Shown one piece after another: positions 47,968 through 62,366 of a DNA stretch of 64,000 bases (the stretch's first letter is position 1; each line of letters begins with the position of its first letter). The notes below the pieces were generated by a model. It saw only the letters and a list, made by a program, of their open reading frames with translations. It did not search any database and was not told the origin of the DNA. The translations under genes were made by a program, and so were the position numbers. Source of the DNA: Mytilus californianus (lineage: Eukaryota). Location of the stretch: positions 118,110,001 to 118,174,000 of the forward strand of contig NW_026262701.1 of the NCBI RefSeq assembly GCF_021869535.1. The letters run 5' to 3'.

Positions 47968-50900
47968 GTCTCACCAATTTCTTTATTGCCCATGCTTTTA
48001 ACGATTTATGTCATTTTTTCTCTTGATTTCAAAAGTCAGACCTCTTACATTGGCTTGAACAATTAAGAAATTAACATCCTTGTGTATACCGTTTTCTAAC
48101 AGTAACAGTTTGGCATCTTTAAAGACTTTATGTTTGTTTCTTAATATGAGGCACAAGTTACATGTGGAAGCAGACGAGGTCTGTTTAAACAGTTATTCAA
48201 TATAGCATCACTTGAGGAGCTATATGGATAAAAGGGACCTTGCAATCTAAGTCCTCTAATGTGAGGCAGGTGTAACCTAATGAACTCCCAACCGCCCAAG
48301 GTTATTGGTTTCTAAGAGATGCATTTTTGTTTCCCTTGTCATCATGCTTTTTAGTAATCAGATATACTTATTTGGGGGAAATTGTATGCTTCTTTTTAGT
48401 AAATGAGATACAAACTTGTGGTATTAAAATACTTAAAAAGTATGGCCCCTTCATTAAAAATATCAAAAACTGGTAATATGTTGGCTGCAATGTCACATGG
48501 TTTTAAAAGCTATAGTATATAGACCCTGCTTCCATTTATGCCCTCTTTGGGAGCATTATGATTTAATATGAAGATGGTGCTACCTGGTGATTGCCCAAAG
48601 TTTACTGGTTTTTAACAAGTAGATTACATACATGTTTACTTGTCAGCCACAATAATGGAATATGATGTATTTCCTCAGGTACTTACTTCCAGCTTCAATC
48701 CAATTATAAGGGTTCCATAAATTATCTCAAAATAGCTACAGTGCAGTACCATAATCCATCTTCAGAATACATCCATTTATGTCAGTAAAGCTCAAAATTG
48801 TATGTCTGGTATAGACCAAATTTAACAAATTACTTTAAAAAGGTAAAGAAGAGGCAATTCCATTTTCATATGAATCCTTATTCGCAGTCATACTTAAAAG
48901 AAGGTGTTTTAGTAGTCCACAAAATGCCATCAGTATTCAGATGACCAGGACCGCAGCATATACAAAAAAGGCTGTCAAATATCAGAGCAATCATTTCCTA
49001 GTATTTTAGTTGTCCTTTATGGGTGATTGTCATGTTGTCATGGTTAAGTCAGTTTCTCAGATACTAGAAGCAAAAGGTTTACTACAATGTATATAAGGTG
49101 TATGGAATGATTTTAAGGTGTTCATGACTGTCGGTCAGAGTTCATCTGACCTTGACCATGAAGTCAAGGTTCGTTGTTCAATGTTAAGTTTTCATGGTAT
49201 GGTCTGTTTCTCAGGTACTTGAAGCATAAGGTCAACTATAGTTGGTGTATGTAATAATTGTATGGTGGCAGGGTTCATCTGACCTTGACCTTATTATCAT
49301 GGTTCATCGATCAACTTTAAGTTTTTTTGTGGTTAGATCCATTTCTGAAATACAATGTACTATAATCATTTATGGTCAATCTTTTGGGTTACATGAGCAA
49401 ACCTAAACATTCTTAAATGTCAAATTTTGTTACATTTTATTTGCAGTGTTTGCTGCATAATGAATTCACCATATGTTCTTTAAAAGCACCAAGACATTAC
49501 AAACTGAAGACATGTCAACACATTCAGTGGCGTACAATTTCAACAACTAGATGTGTAGGAAATGATAAACTAGCAGAGACTGATCCAAAGAATGCAGTTG
49601 TAACTGCACCTGTTCTAGAAGTAGAAGAGGAAGAAGATTTGTACAAGTAATATTTAAATATATGTTTGCTACAGATTTGTTTTTTTTTGTTTTAAGTTTT
49701 AATACTTGATTGTGTTGACACAAAGTAAAATGCAAGGTATATATATATATCTACAAAAAGAAATGCTAGATACTGTAGTACTTAAAATTTGTTAGTTACC
49801 AGGATCTTTCAAATCAATAGCTGGTCCAACATCTACCTCAGTACATATTTATTTTTCTGGTATTTAAAAATAGGATTGAAGAAACCACTAATGACATACA
49901 AAACAAAAATTATAGGCCAATATTTGATGAGGCAAGGAGGCTTTTTTATGCCCTGCCTACGAGAGAGGTATTATGTTTTCTGGTTTGTGTCTGTCTGGCA
50001 TCAGGTCAAAGTTTTGGTTAATGTAGTTTGTACATGAACACATGTTTATAATTATTAAGTGAACTGTTTGATATACATATACAATGTATTGGCAATCATA
50101 CATGTACAATGTACCATATCATATTATTTTTGTACATGTATGTGCCAAATTATGGTTTTGACACAGATTTCAGGATTAACTAGGCATGGAAATGTTATAA
50201 GCTTAGGGTAGTTCGTGGTCTCATAAATTTGAAACCTAGTACACATGTTTAATATGTATCTCAAGTAAGGGTTTTGACCTAGATTTCACAGTCTACTGAA
50301 CATGGTAATGTAATAATTACGTAGGGCATCATGTTCTATGGACACATACTCTAGTCTAATCTTGTATTAAAACTACATTGCATGAGACCATCTTTTTCAT
50401 TTGTTAAGTATACAAAAATGAAATCCTAACTCTGAAGGTGGCTACAAATTAAAACAATTAACTTCTTAGGCCAAACTTCAGAACTTTTGAAGAATCGGGG
50501 AATTTTTTTTTTTACGTAAATGTCATGTCCCTTACTAAGATACCATCCTTTTTGACATGAAAATGCTTAATCACATTGGAATCAAGTTTGAAGTACTTTC
50601 AGCTTTGGACAGAATTTGTTTCATTGACAGAGATAAAGATTTAATATGGAACTGTTACAAACTTTCTGGATTTATGAGATTTTGTTTAAATGGTTGACAC
50701 ATTTAGATTTCGGATTATACGGCTATACTATTTTATAATTTATTATTATTACCTACTTGCTACATAGTCCTTGCTTTGCCTCTTGGCACATAGTGCAAGG
50801 ATGAGTTGTCTCCAATAATCTCAATTTTGTTTCTTGTCCTTGTTTCCATAATGGTTTTGTTTTGTGAGACAAGTTAGTTGGTCTTGTACTATGATCAACC

Positions 50901-53900
50901 TTGAACTGGGAGGACCAATAGATTTTTTGTCAAAGTGCTCCTCTTTACATGTAGGTCAGTTGCCATCCCCAACTATGAGCCATGATCTACCCATGTTTCT
51001 ATTCAGAGCTGTCTCTCCTTAACAGACAGCCATCCCTATCTGTATGGTTATTTATCCATAACATGGCAAGGTTGATGAGTTTAAGACATATCCATGCACC
51101 AGTTGGGTTTACACACTGCATCCCTGTGACCCTTAAGCTTGGTGCTCTGAGTCCCCCAACACATTTGCCTGCATTTTCAGAAATCAGTTTCTATGTGTTA
51201 CTGCATGGTGGATACTGCTGGAGTCATGGCGATGTGAAAGCTATGTACTTGTACTTTCAGCTTTCTTTTCACAAAAATCAGCTAGCCAGTGACATAAAAA
51301 CATCCATCGAACAGTCCCATACACTAGACACCAGACAATTACCCTTTCGCTCAACCATCAACACATTATTTCATTATTGGGGCAATAGAAAGGACAAAAT
51401 GAATTGTATTTTAATGCACAGCAGAATTTATACAAGTCAGCCAGAGAAAAAAGATACAACAGATATAATAGATATAAGAAGATGTAGTATGAGTGCCAAT
51501 GAGACAACTCTCCATCCAAGTCAAAATTTATAAAAGTAAACCATTATAGGTCAAAGGACGGTCTTCAACACGGAGCCTTGGCTCACACCGAACAGCAAGC
51601 TATAAAGGGCCCCAAAAATTACTAGTGTAAAACCATTCAAACAGGAAAACCAACGGTCTGATCTATATAAAAAACGAGAAACACTTATGAACCACATCAA
51701 CAAACAACAACTACTGAACATCAGATTCCTGACTTAGGACAGGTGCAAACAATTGCAGCGGGTTTAAACGTTTTAATGGTACCAAACCTTCACCCTTATC
51801 TGAAACAATAGTGTAACATCACAACATAGAAAGACACACTATAAAATATCAATTGAAATGACTTAACTCAATCAAAAGACATATTAAAACCAGTGAACAT
51901 ACACTGAAAAAATAAATTTGATCTATGATACAAAGTAAATACAAAATAAATAAACTACATGAACTAAGGGAAGAATAATTAAAGTAACATGTTTTAAGTT
52001 TGATGCATGTTATTTACTAAAATTATCTTTGACTGTATCATGTGTATTCTGCACATATTTCTTGTTGTATTTTATCCTAATTCATGTCATAAAAAGAATT
52101 ATAGAACAGCATAATATTGACAATTGGTGAGAATTATAAACAACAGTGATTATGTTTCTATGATGCATTTCTCCCATGGCTAATTTTTCAGTTCTTATCA
52201 TTTGATTTTAGAGAACGGTACATTCCAATAACAAGACAGTCGTTGATTAGATTACTGGTTGAAGAAAAAGCTTTTCTAAGTGAAAGCGAGAAGAAAATTT
52301 ATACAGATTTTGCTCTTGGACTAGATTCAGCAATCGTAAACAAATACCATGGCATTCTTAATGAAATTAAGGTAAAGACATTTAGACATTATCGTTCTTG
52401 AAAAAACATCTGCATTTTCACATACTATATATCACACTTACCGTTGAAAGTGTATTTTTGATGTAAAGTAGACATGCATTATAGGGCTGCGTCTTATTTT
52501 GAAAATTATGTTTATACTTCAGAAGATGTACAAACCTTGATAGAAAAATATGAATGACATAAGTTGACTTGTGATGTCATCATTGTTTATGCTGACATTT
52601 TTTATTGTCCAAAAATTAACACAAATTCACATGTAGAGGATGAAAAATATTGTTTCCAAATGATTACAGAAATTTTTTTATCATCACCTTAAGAGAGAAT
52701 AAATATCTTTGTCACTTAAAAAAATGTAAAATTAAAAAATAATTCATGGAAGCCATAGATTTGTTGGAAATTTACACACGGCCCAGGCCATGTGTAAATT
52801 TACAACAAATCTATGGCTTCCATGAATTATTTCGATTCTAATAGGACAAATAAGGTCATTAAAAAACTGAAGCGAGGGTGGGTATGCCATGTGTGTGGCT
52901 GTTCTTTTTTACTCCCTGTTAGATAAAGCTCAAACATTCTAATAAATCTTTAGCTTGCATGGACTTTTTCGTGAATAACCGCTAGAAAAAAATATATTAA
53001 ATTCTTTTACTTCTCAAACCCAATATTTGCCATTTTTAATTTACATGTTTTTCTCGTAAGCTACCGTCAAATCCAAAGTTGACATTTCGTAACTAAGGAT
53101 CCGCCATGTTGACTTGCTGAAATCAGTAAATATGCGAAAAATGCAATAGAATAGAAAATAGAACAAAACCTACCTCAAAAATCCATTTTAATACAATATT
53201 ATACGAATGTCGATGGTTCACGTAACGGAAAACCTTCAACTCTAGTGTTTTCATTTGTATGACATCATGTTTTGAAATGACTTAAATGCGCCAAAAATAT
53301 TAATAGACTTTCACGGAATTTTATTTTATTTTGATTTTGTTGATTTCTCTGAGCTCTTGCGCATTAATTCTTTTTATTATGCATCCGAATAAGAATAAAA
53401 GTTCTTTTGTCTTTTTTTAATTGCAATTTTTAAAACAATAAAATCGGCAAAGCGTTTGCAAATAGGTTCCAATACATGTGGATTTACGTGGGAGGTATAT
53501 TGTAACATCCATTATTATGTATATCTCTGAGTCTGGGCTAAGTATAGATATATCGAGAATTTTATCACGATGTTGTTTACAAAGCGAAAGAAGCACGTCA
53601 TATTAGAATTAACAATAGACGACTTTCGAATTATTGCACTTTCCCATTAATTTCCTATGTCATAATTCTTATGTTATTAAGTCACAATAAGAACCGATTG
53701 TTCAATGACATGGTTTACGCCGATTGACCCTAGGTCAGCTGAGGCTAATAAAAAGAAAGGAAGTTTATCTTGCACAACATTGGAGTGCAACTTATCGTTT
53801 CCTTCAAAATATCAAACAACCAAGACCATTGTCAAGTGTTTATAGCATAAGCAAAATATTATTTACATAAAGTTGTTTAATTTTCAGGCACTGTTTGATC

Positions 53901-56900
53901 CTATTAATCCTGATAAAGATACAGTAAAAACCAGAAAGTACACCAGGCGTGAGAAACTTGACAATGAGTTTTGGTTATTACAAAGACTAGAAGACTTGGT
54001 AGAGAAGGCAAACTTTCATGAACTCTCAGAAAATACTCTCATTAGATCTATGAATGAACATGATGTGTCTGAAGGTGTTAGGGTTTGTAAATTAAATTTT
54101 TTTTTTATGCTTAAACAATGCAAGCTGTTATGGCTTGATCCTTTTCAAATTTAAATATTATAAAATGAAGGTCAGGATTGGTATAGACCATTTTTTATTT
54201 TACTCTCAAAAGTTATGGCTCCTGCTTGCTTTAAAAATGACACTAATAAATGTAAGAAAAACCTAGTTTTCTGTCATTTTGACATCTTTTAAATAAAAAG
54301 GCTTTTTGAAACCTCCATATCCCAGTAATATGGTCATTTTTGGAATAATGTAAAGAAAAGAGGACCAATAAGAAATAACATGGATTATACATACTGTAAA
54401 TTAAGCAAATTTCACATAAGTTTACTTTTTCACTTTTTTGAACTGTTATGAAAACAACAGGATGAATGTGTCAAGATCAAAATTGGAAAACCAAGATATG
54501 CAAACATCAAGAATAGGGATGTTTAAAATATCTCTCATTATACAATAAAATGCAATACTTCCTCTGTACATTTCTTTTCAAGTTCCAAAAACAGCAATAT
54601 CTTTTAAAGTGATAAATGTTTTGGTTACAAATTTTGACACAATGTAAATGACACCAAGGGCGTCTAATTATATTAAATTAGACAGTTTTCTAAAATTTTG
54701 TAGTCATCAAAAACACAACTGTAACCCAAAATTGTGAAATGTGTATTTTTGAGAAGAATTAAATCCACTCCATTTTCTTAAAAACTGCAAAATGTTTTTG
54801 CTTTGTTTTTTTCTGACATTTTTACAACACATTTTGACAAAAGAATTCTTTCAAATTTTTGGTGGAAGAAGACTTCAAGTCTTCTGAAAGCCTTTACTGC
54901 CGGATGTAAAATCATTGAACCGTCACCAGGACGTATGCCGTATCCCTTTCTGTGCTTTACAATTTCATAACAACTTCCGTGCCATATCTTGACACCGATG
55001 TTTACACATGATCTAAGCATCTGCATCATTTAATTTATTAGTTAGGCTTGAAAAATGATCACTATCGTTATAGTTTTATAATTTCTCATGTTTTAATGTA
55101 TTAATATCAACCCTTTTATTTATGTAAATTTAGATTTTATCTCATCTTACATGAACGTTATTTGTTTACTTGTAACCGGATGTCTTTAAAGTAGAGTTTG
55201 TAGTACGCATGCGTGAATTTGGTATCGGGTCGGTTGGCCCTGATTACATGTTCGCCCTTGGTCCGTTCGCCCTGAGTTCGTCCTCATATACTTTCACCCT
55301 GAGTTACTTCTTACTTTTATCGTGGAAGTATTATATTGACTGCTTTTATCAAAGACGTTTTATACGTCCTTGCAATTATTAAAAAATAATAATATTATGG
55401 GTATTAAAGTTTAATAAACTTATTCAGATATTTATATGGTATAAATTCTCGAAATTCATGAACACACATGAACAAAAATTAATTAAAAGTTGATGGCTTG
55501 TTTTGGAGCATTAATATGTCATGATAAGAATTCTCACTGATTGTTGTAATAATTGTCTTTGGTAGATTAATAATTGAAATTATCGGAATAAAACAACTGG
55601 TTTTATTTGGGTTAATTTAAACCATGTTGGTTACGTATCTGCGCATGTGCACAAATGGGAAATTTAATTGTGCATCAGAAAGTTTCACAATAATGATAAA
55701 CAGAATTGTCATATATTCATACAATCCATCTTGAGTTAAAGTCAAGTATATACGTGGAGAGTACGACTCCAAATCAATAATGCTTGAAAAAATACACGGA
55801 TTTAGTTGTTCCGTCAGCGTTCAGATCTTTAATGCAATCAATTGAGTCATATCCCAGTTATAGACAACATGTGTTTTTTAAAACAAAAGTTAGAATATCT
55901 AAGTATGTTATTGCGATAATAAAGAGTCAAGCGCACACGTGAATCTGCTGGTGTTTTACTCATCAAACGATGCACCGTCTGTTGACAGAAATATCAATGT
56001 ACAAACTAATGTCTGTTGACAGATTCCATTTCGAAAGTACGTAGTTTTCATGTCGGTCATTGTCGGAATGTCCCCAATGATTGCTTTTATTGCTTTAATA
56101 CGTTTCAAAGTTTTAGAAGTGATAAAAACGGGATTTAACAACTGAATAGTCCAGCTCTTTACCATTATTCATCATTAAGGTACAGTACAAATTTCGCGAA
56201 AGGCTTCCCAAACTCCGAACACCAAGTTTTTTCTTGGTGTGACACCAGGAAACTCCGACATCCCTCCCTAAATTCTCGGAGAAATTTGGGAGTATTCCCT
56301 CCGACTTCCGCGTAAATTCGCTACCTTTTGTTTATTGTATTAGCGACATCTCTCCCAGTCCGGTGTGACGCGGTGTCACACCAGGTAATTAATTGCCCTA
56401 ATCCTTCTGATCTATACCGGCACGCGACAGTCAAGGTATGTGAGATTACTTATGTAATTAAACAATTGTATTTCCTGTCTATTAATAATCAGGTTATATT
56501 TCTGAATAAAAGATTTAAAAGCAAAACGTTGTTGTTAATTCTTTCAATTACACTGTACATTTAAAAATAGTTTTATTAAAAAAAAACTATATTTGATTTT
56601 TACCTCGTTTTATTTCTGGTCAGTAAATTAATATTTAATTTACAAAAGAGATATACTTGTGTAAAAATAAACGGAGACTTACGCTGAATAAATGTGGGCA
56701 GTTTAAAGGAAAATTACATGTCTCAAAGTTTTGTATACAAGTAAAAAAGAAAATATTATTCACTATTCGTTATGCTAATAAGTCCACGTCATTTTCATTT
56801 TACGATTACATAATTGCTTGAAACAAATTAAAGATTTAAAAGCAGAATGTTGTTGTTAATTCTTTCAATTGCATTAAAGTTTTATAACAAAAACTATACT

Positions 56901-59900
56901 TGATTTTGACCTTAAGTTCATCGGTAAATTATTTTATTTACGAAAAGAGACATACTTGCGTGAAAATAAACGGAAACTAACGCTGAATATAAAAGTGAGC
57001 AGTTTAAAGAAAATTACGTGTCTTAAAATTTGTATATGCAAGTAAAAAAGAAAATACTATTCACCATTCGTTATGCTTAATAAGTCTACGGCATTTTCTC
57101 TTTACGATTTGTTGGCATTACTTTAGGATAAATAATTACATTTCGGCTACAACAGGAATACTTCTATAACTGCATCAACTCGTCGTTGCATAATATTCAT
57201 TTACGCACAATGAATGTAAACTTGTGTTTTGTTTAAAGGACATTGATTTTTAAATTTGTTAAAAGAAATTAATTGCCGTGGGAAGACGATACACATCTCA
57301 GTGATCAACAGTCCGTGGTTGAACTTTGAACTTGACTTCGATCACAATATTGAATGCTAAAAATAGTGACATCAATTTTGTCCACGAGATTTTTATTTGG
57401 CGGGAAATATTATCACGTAACAGTAAACTCAGGTGACCTTTCTGGATGACCGTGGGAAAATTCATTCGGGGTTTAAATTTGCTTTGGAATGATTGACATT
57501 TGTATGCCTTAAGATTGAGGCTCTAGAAGGTCCTTTTACAATTGATTAACCGGAATCTAAAATATAATCCTTTTCTGAATAAACGAACACCAGCCTTTTA
57601 ATTTTACGTTTCTCAGTCAACACAGGACATAAACCTGGACATTATTTATACGTCCATGGTCAACAATATACATAAATGGTAGATGAAAACAGGATGCATG
57701 TCGTTCAGTTCCTGTTGGGCGTTGGTAGAGATCCTCTGTGAAAATGTGTAGATCGTAAAAATCCTGCATACACAACGTTTTCCCTTCGTTCAACAGAGTT
57801 GTCACTTGACAGTTTCTTTTCTGAGTTCAAATATTTCAGGTCGGTAATCTACCGAGGTAGTGAAATATAATATTTTACATTGCAAAATAAATTGAAAGTA
57901 ACAGAGTTCACTTGTTGATCCGATAAATTAACTCTTGGGTTTAGATTGGACAAATTACCGTAAAAACATCATTTTGTTTTAAGCCAGTTGATATTTATAT
58001 ATTGAACAATTAATGAACCGGATATTGCTCACTGAGTAGGTCATAAAAGATTCTAATTGTAGTAAAATCGTCTTTGTTGAAAAAACAAAAATTATGACCT
58101 GACCGGACTATAATAAAAATACAAAAAAAGTGTTTTATTCGTATTTTTATACGTTTGTACGTTTTATTTCAAATGGCAATGACATGGGGCAAATACATAC
58201 AAGAATAATTATCTTATTTTGAATGAAAATGTCACATTTTTATCTGTCAAAGAAAGGAAATTTTAATACCGTGTTTTAAAGCACACAGGTGCAATCAAGA
58301 TCGATTAAATGTACAAAGGTAATAAATCTGGCTAATCCGATTATGTTGTCACGCGTCATTAATTTTCAGTACATCCGATGGGCAATAAACCAATTAACAG
58401 CCACGCGGTGTTGGGAGAGAATCTTTGGAGGAAATTGGGAGTATAATCCGTGATTCGCGGTGTGACACCGCTACACTCCGAAATCCGTGATTAGAGTTCG
58501 CGATTACAAACTCTCTGTGCGTACTGTACACACAAAAATGACACATTATCGAGACTCGAGTACGGAACCAGTAATTCGTTGCTGTCAATAGTTTTATTTT
58601 CATAAAAAATTTCAGAAAAGGGCTGTGTGACTCCTGACGGAAAATGCCTTTCCTACCCTCATACTTTTGTGTAAAAATATTAGATGAAAAACAAATATGA
58701 TATATGGGTCAAGCACTTTAAATGAACGGGTTTGAAATGCTAAAAGAGTCAAGCGCACACGTGATTCTGTCAACTGACAGTGCATCGTTTGATGTGTAAA
58801 ACACCAGCAGATTCACGTGTGCGCTTGACTCTAAATTATCGCAATAACATAGCAAGGTCATCACCTGACATGACCGGTCAATCCTTAGCCTAACACATAT
58901 CTGCATTGGATATATTTAGAATTTTTCAATATATGTTTTTTTATTTAAAACCCTAATTTTAGCAAACTTGACTAAAATCTTGGTGGCCAGTTTTTTTTTA
59001 AAGTTAACTATCTGCCTTTGACAGAAAACTTTCAAGTGAAACCAAATCGCTTGGCGATATTGCATTGCATCAAGTTGACCATGCTGAGACGAATGTATGG
59101 AATTTAGTTATAGAAAATGTAATTTGAATCAACAGTATTTGCAGATTTTTATGTTAAGTATAGTGAGTTTTGGTTGAGTTATGAGTATTATTATTTTTGG
59201 TAGAAAAAAATACGTCGAAAGCAATAATGGGACAAAGCAGGCTGGGTTGGTGTGGGCTGTTTTTATGGTATTTCAAGTTACCTTTTATGCATCTTCTTCC
59301 ACCTCAGAGCAATCAGCTCTTTGATTAAATTAGATGTTTCCAGTTAAGAAATCATGGCTCTTGCTACTGGGCGACTAGGGCTAAGAAGTTGCTTTCCTGT
59401 TCGTCATTTCTCTTTTTTCTCAATGGCCAAAGGCAATATCTAGTCACCCAGGTGTTCAAAACTGTTGCTTTTTTCATCGGTAATTTTCTGTTATTACTTA
59501 GTTCATGAAACAGCATTTTTTATTTGTAAGCAAAGAAATTAAAAAAATATAGATAATTTATTTTTTAAGAAACATTGTGAAAGCTTTGATTTTGTAGACT
59601 GGTTGTATGTTATTTCACTGTAACAACTTTTAATGCAAACAAATCGTATTTTCTTTCCCTCTCGGAACTAGTTACTTGAGCATAGATTAAAAGATTTTAA
59701 TTTTGGCAAAATAAATTTGAAACTTTATCAAAACAGGATTAAAAGTGCCTTTCGTTAATGTGTGATCCATTTATTGCATCAAAAAATGTCATATCCCTTT
59801 CCAAATCAATTATCAAAGATTGTCTCTTTTTGTAAATTTTTCTTTTCTGCCATTGAAATATATATATGAACCTTGGATCTGAGGCAGACTTACTATGAAC

Positions 59901-62366
59901 AAAATCCATATTTTTACAATGATAACTACAGACAAATGCATGGCTCAGTTGACAGGGGAATAATAAGCACAAAAGTGAAAAATATGCATTCAACCTGCAT
60001 TAATAAACATTTGGTTAAATCTCCTTAGTTACAAGTATATATTTGACTGTTAGTGCATTGTTTCAATTGATTTAAGTTGCTTAAATTTGTTGAGTTTATA
60101 CATTTTTTTTTGAGAAAAAATAAATGCCATAAACTGATAAACAGAATAGTTATTCTCATTGAACTTTAATTGATAATTGATAATTTATTTTCCTTACTTG
60201 ATATTTAGTTGGTAGTTCCTGACAAGTGAACAAATTTAATTGTGTAACTATAAATGATAATGTAAGACATACACTGTTACTGTAATGGCACAGTGTATTC
60301 TAAGGCATGAAATTAAATTAAATTTTAACAATACAAATAGGTATTAAATTTATAGGAAACAATTAATGAATCTTGGTAATTTTATAATATTTTTTTTTTT
60401 AGAGAAATAGCAAAGTAACTGAAGAAGCCTCAGTATCTGAACGTCTTAAAATGTTGTTATACTTCACTGAAGTAAACTATGTTTCCTTTTTGAATTTCTA
60501 CACAAGAATAAATTATGTGACTTATATTTACAGGTCAAAGTGGATAGGAACAATTTTGATATTCTTCGTATTTGGGCCTTAGGAAAAGAGAAACCAGAAA
60601 TTAGTATTCCATGGTATAAAAAATTACAGTTCTGGAAGACACCTGTCAAGCAGACAGATGGACCGGCCTTTTACAAACGTGTTGTGATAGCTTTAAGGTT
60701 GAAAAAAGATCAGAAACTTATGTTAAAAGTATATAAAGAAGTTCCAGTGAATGGTTTAGAAATGTTATTACCAGACGGAAGAATAGTAATCAAATCTAGA
60801 GACAAACAAATTATAGCAGGATCGGCTTTCCTTGCAATGTCATCTGTTTTGGGGAAATGTGTCACGATTTTAGCTCATCTGAATATTGATTGGTTTTTGG
60901 TTGTATTTATAACGGCTGGACTGTTAGGAGGTCGTACATATACTGTGTACAATAATCGTAGAAATAAATACCTTGCACGATTAAATAGACAATTATATTT
61001 TAAAAACGTAGCAAATAACCGTGGCTCCTTGGCTTTGTTGGTTGATCGAGCTGAAGATGAAAGTTTCAAAGAGGCACTTATGGCCTACACATTTCTGTTG
61101 ACAAATAGATCAGTATTAGCAATGAAGAAGGACATTCAGTTTGTACCAACAGAATTAGGTATGAACTAAATGAAATAAACTTCTTAGTATTGTAAATGGT
61201 TGGAACTGTATATGGGGGTCTTTGGAGGGGTTAACAGAATAAAGAATAATTGGCAAAAATATCAAGAAAGAATAGAGAACAATATGGTGCTAAAATATAA
61301 AGATAGAGAACAATGGCTTAAAAAATTATAGAGAAACATGGCGTTAAATGTTAAAGAAAAAAGAAGACTCCCAATCCAGACCCTCATATATAAGACTCCC
61401 CATCAGGACCCTCAAAAAAGACTCCCCATCTGGATCCTTATATATAAGACTCCCCATCTGGACACTCATATATTCACCATAAGGAGCTCTTTTATGAATG
61501 AAAGAAATGGATGAATAATAATGTATGATTGATTGGCAAATGTTTGACAATTATTATAGACAATTGCATGATCTTTTCAGTCTCTGTTGTTTGCAAAACA
61601 TATTTTTAAAATTTCATATAAATTAGTAATATTGATTATTTTGCAGTGACTGTTCAACAAATAGTTTTTTGAAGCCTGGTTTAAATATTACCTTAACTTG
61701 TAGCTATTATCAATGAAGACAACATCAATCATAAACAGACCCTTTATTATGACATCTTGACATTAAGTTTTTTGTGCAAAATAGTATTCATAAAATCTAA
61801 ATGAGTTCATCAATCAGTGAAAGAACATATATTTTATTAACCCATTTTTTTTATGCATTTTGAAATTGCTACACATAGTATGATATTTTCAATTATCCTC
61901 CTTTAGATAGCCTCAAGATTTAAGTATATCAGTTTCAATAACAATCTTAATGATTCTTAAATATTTTGCCATGGTTTGACATCTTATTTATATCTAAGTC
62001 TTAGCAGTAGCTGTATCCAGCAAGATAATTTCTGATTTAATTGTTATTTCAGGAAATATTACAGATTTGCATTTAGAGAGAAAATGTGAGGAATGGATCG
62101 AGAAGAAAACAGGTGCCAAAATTGAATTTGATTCATCAGAGGCCATCAAACACTTACAAGACTTTGGTATTCTAAGTATATCTAATGGTAAGCTAAATGT
62201 ATTACCACTTGATTCAGCCATGCGTAACCTCCCACAGCAACCGACACCAAAGGTAGAACGTATGGAGGAAGACTTATTAGAGGGTTACGACAGGGACTAT
62301 TTCTTAGAAATGGAGGAAAAATACACAGAAGAGGAAAACAAAGACAAGAAGTATGGATGGTTTTGA
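47905..62366 (+). CDS. TMEM143: Transmembrane protein 143 (DUF3754): join(47905..47967,49447..49646,52212..52371,53888..54082,60534..61158,62053..62366), about 518 aa
   Basis: ERYIPITRQSLIRLL, ALFDPINPDKDT, ANFHELSE, RIWALG, FYKRVVIALR, LKVYKEVPVNGLEMLLP, LYFKNVANN, RAEDESFKEALMAYTFL and CEEWIEKKTGAKIEFD match TMEM143 motifs. Introns are GT-AG with consistent phases (1557 nt). Exon 1 is the least certain. Confidence 0.92.
49447..49646 (+). CDS. TMEM143: TMEM143 exon 2
   Basis: tttgcag|TGT...TAC AA|gtaata; the phase joins exon 3 as K-ERYIP. Confidence 0.85.
50740..51400 (-). mobile_element. Highly degraded RTE-like LINE 3' fragment
   Basis: The minus strand ends WRQLILALCAKRQSKD followed by a (TAA)n-like tail. 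Confidence 0.4.
52212..52371 (+). CDS. TMEM143: TMEM143 exon 3
   Basis: gattttag|A GAA CGG...ATT AAG|gtaaag. Confidence 0.93.
52738..52831. mobile_element. Palindromic element with 41-bp arms (one mismatch)
   Basis: aataattcatggaagccatagatttgttg.aaatttacaca / loop cggcccaggcca / reverse complement. Confidence 0.9.
53888..54082 (+). CDS. TMEM143: TMEM143 exon 4
   Basis: ttttcag|GCA CTG TTT GAT CCT...GTT AGG|gtttgt. Confidence 0.93.
55906..58849. mobile_element. 2.9-kb non-autonomous TIR element in TMEM143 intron 4
   Basis: About 85-bp TIRs (55906-55990 and 58765-58849, about 5 mismatches) flanked by TA. Internal ~300-bp direct duplication (56508-56806 / 56829-57109). No transposase. Confidence 0.8.
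60534..61158 (+). CDS. TMEM143: TMEM143 exon 5
   Basis: atttacag|GTC AAA GTG...GAA TTA G|gtatga; contains two hydrophobic segments. Confidence 0.95.
61214..61467. mobile_element. MITE related to 16043-16267, with the right terminus repeated four times
   Basis: agactccc.atc..gaccctc units at 61365, 61393, 61419 and 61447. Confidence 0.7.
62053..62366 (+). CDS. TMEM143: TMEM143 exon 6 (terminal)
   Basis: ttatttcag|GA AAT ATT...TGG TTT TGA. Confidence 0.9.

Noticed and set aside
50982-51533. 183-aa plus-strand ORF in TMEM143 intron 2
   Set aside because: No recognisable motif. It is antisense to a decayed RTE-like fragment and runs into a high-copy repeat.
54778-55029. 83-aa minus ORF in TMEM143 intron 4
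   Set aside because: No motif or splice support, and the length is within chance expectation.
57617-57860. Exon-like minus-strand segment inside the 2.9-kb TIR element
   Set aside because: All frames are interrupted by stops and no protein family was recognised.
61907-61923. Extra TMEM143 micro-exon (ctttag|ATAGCCTCAAGATTTAA|gt)
   Set aside because: It introduces an in-frame stop, and exon 5 joins exon 6 in phase without it.
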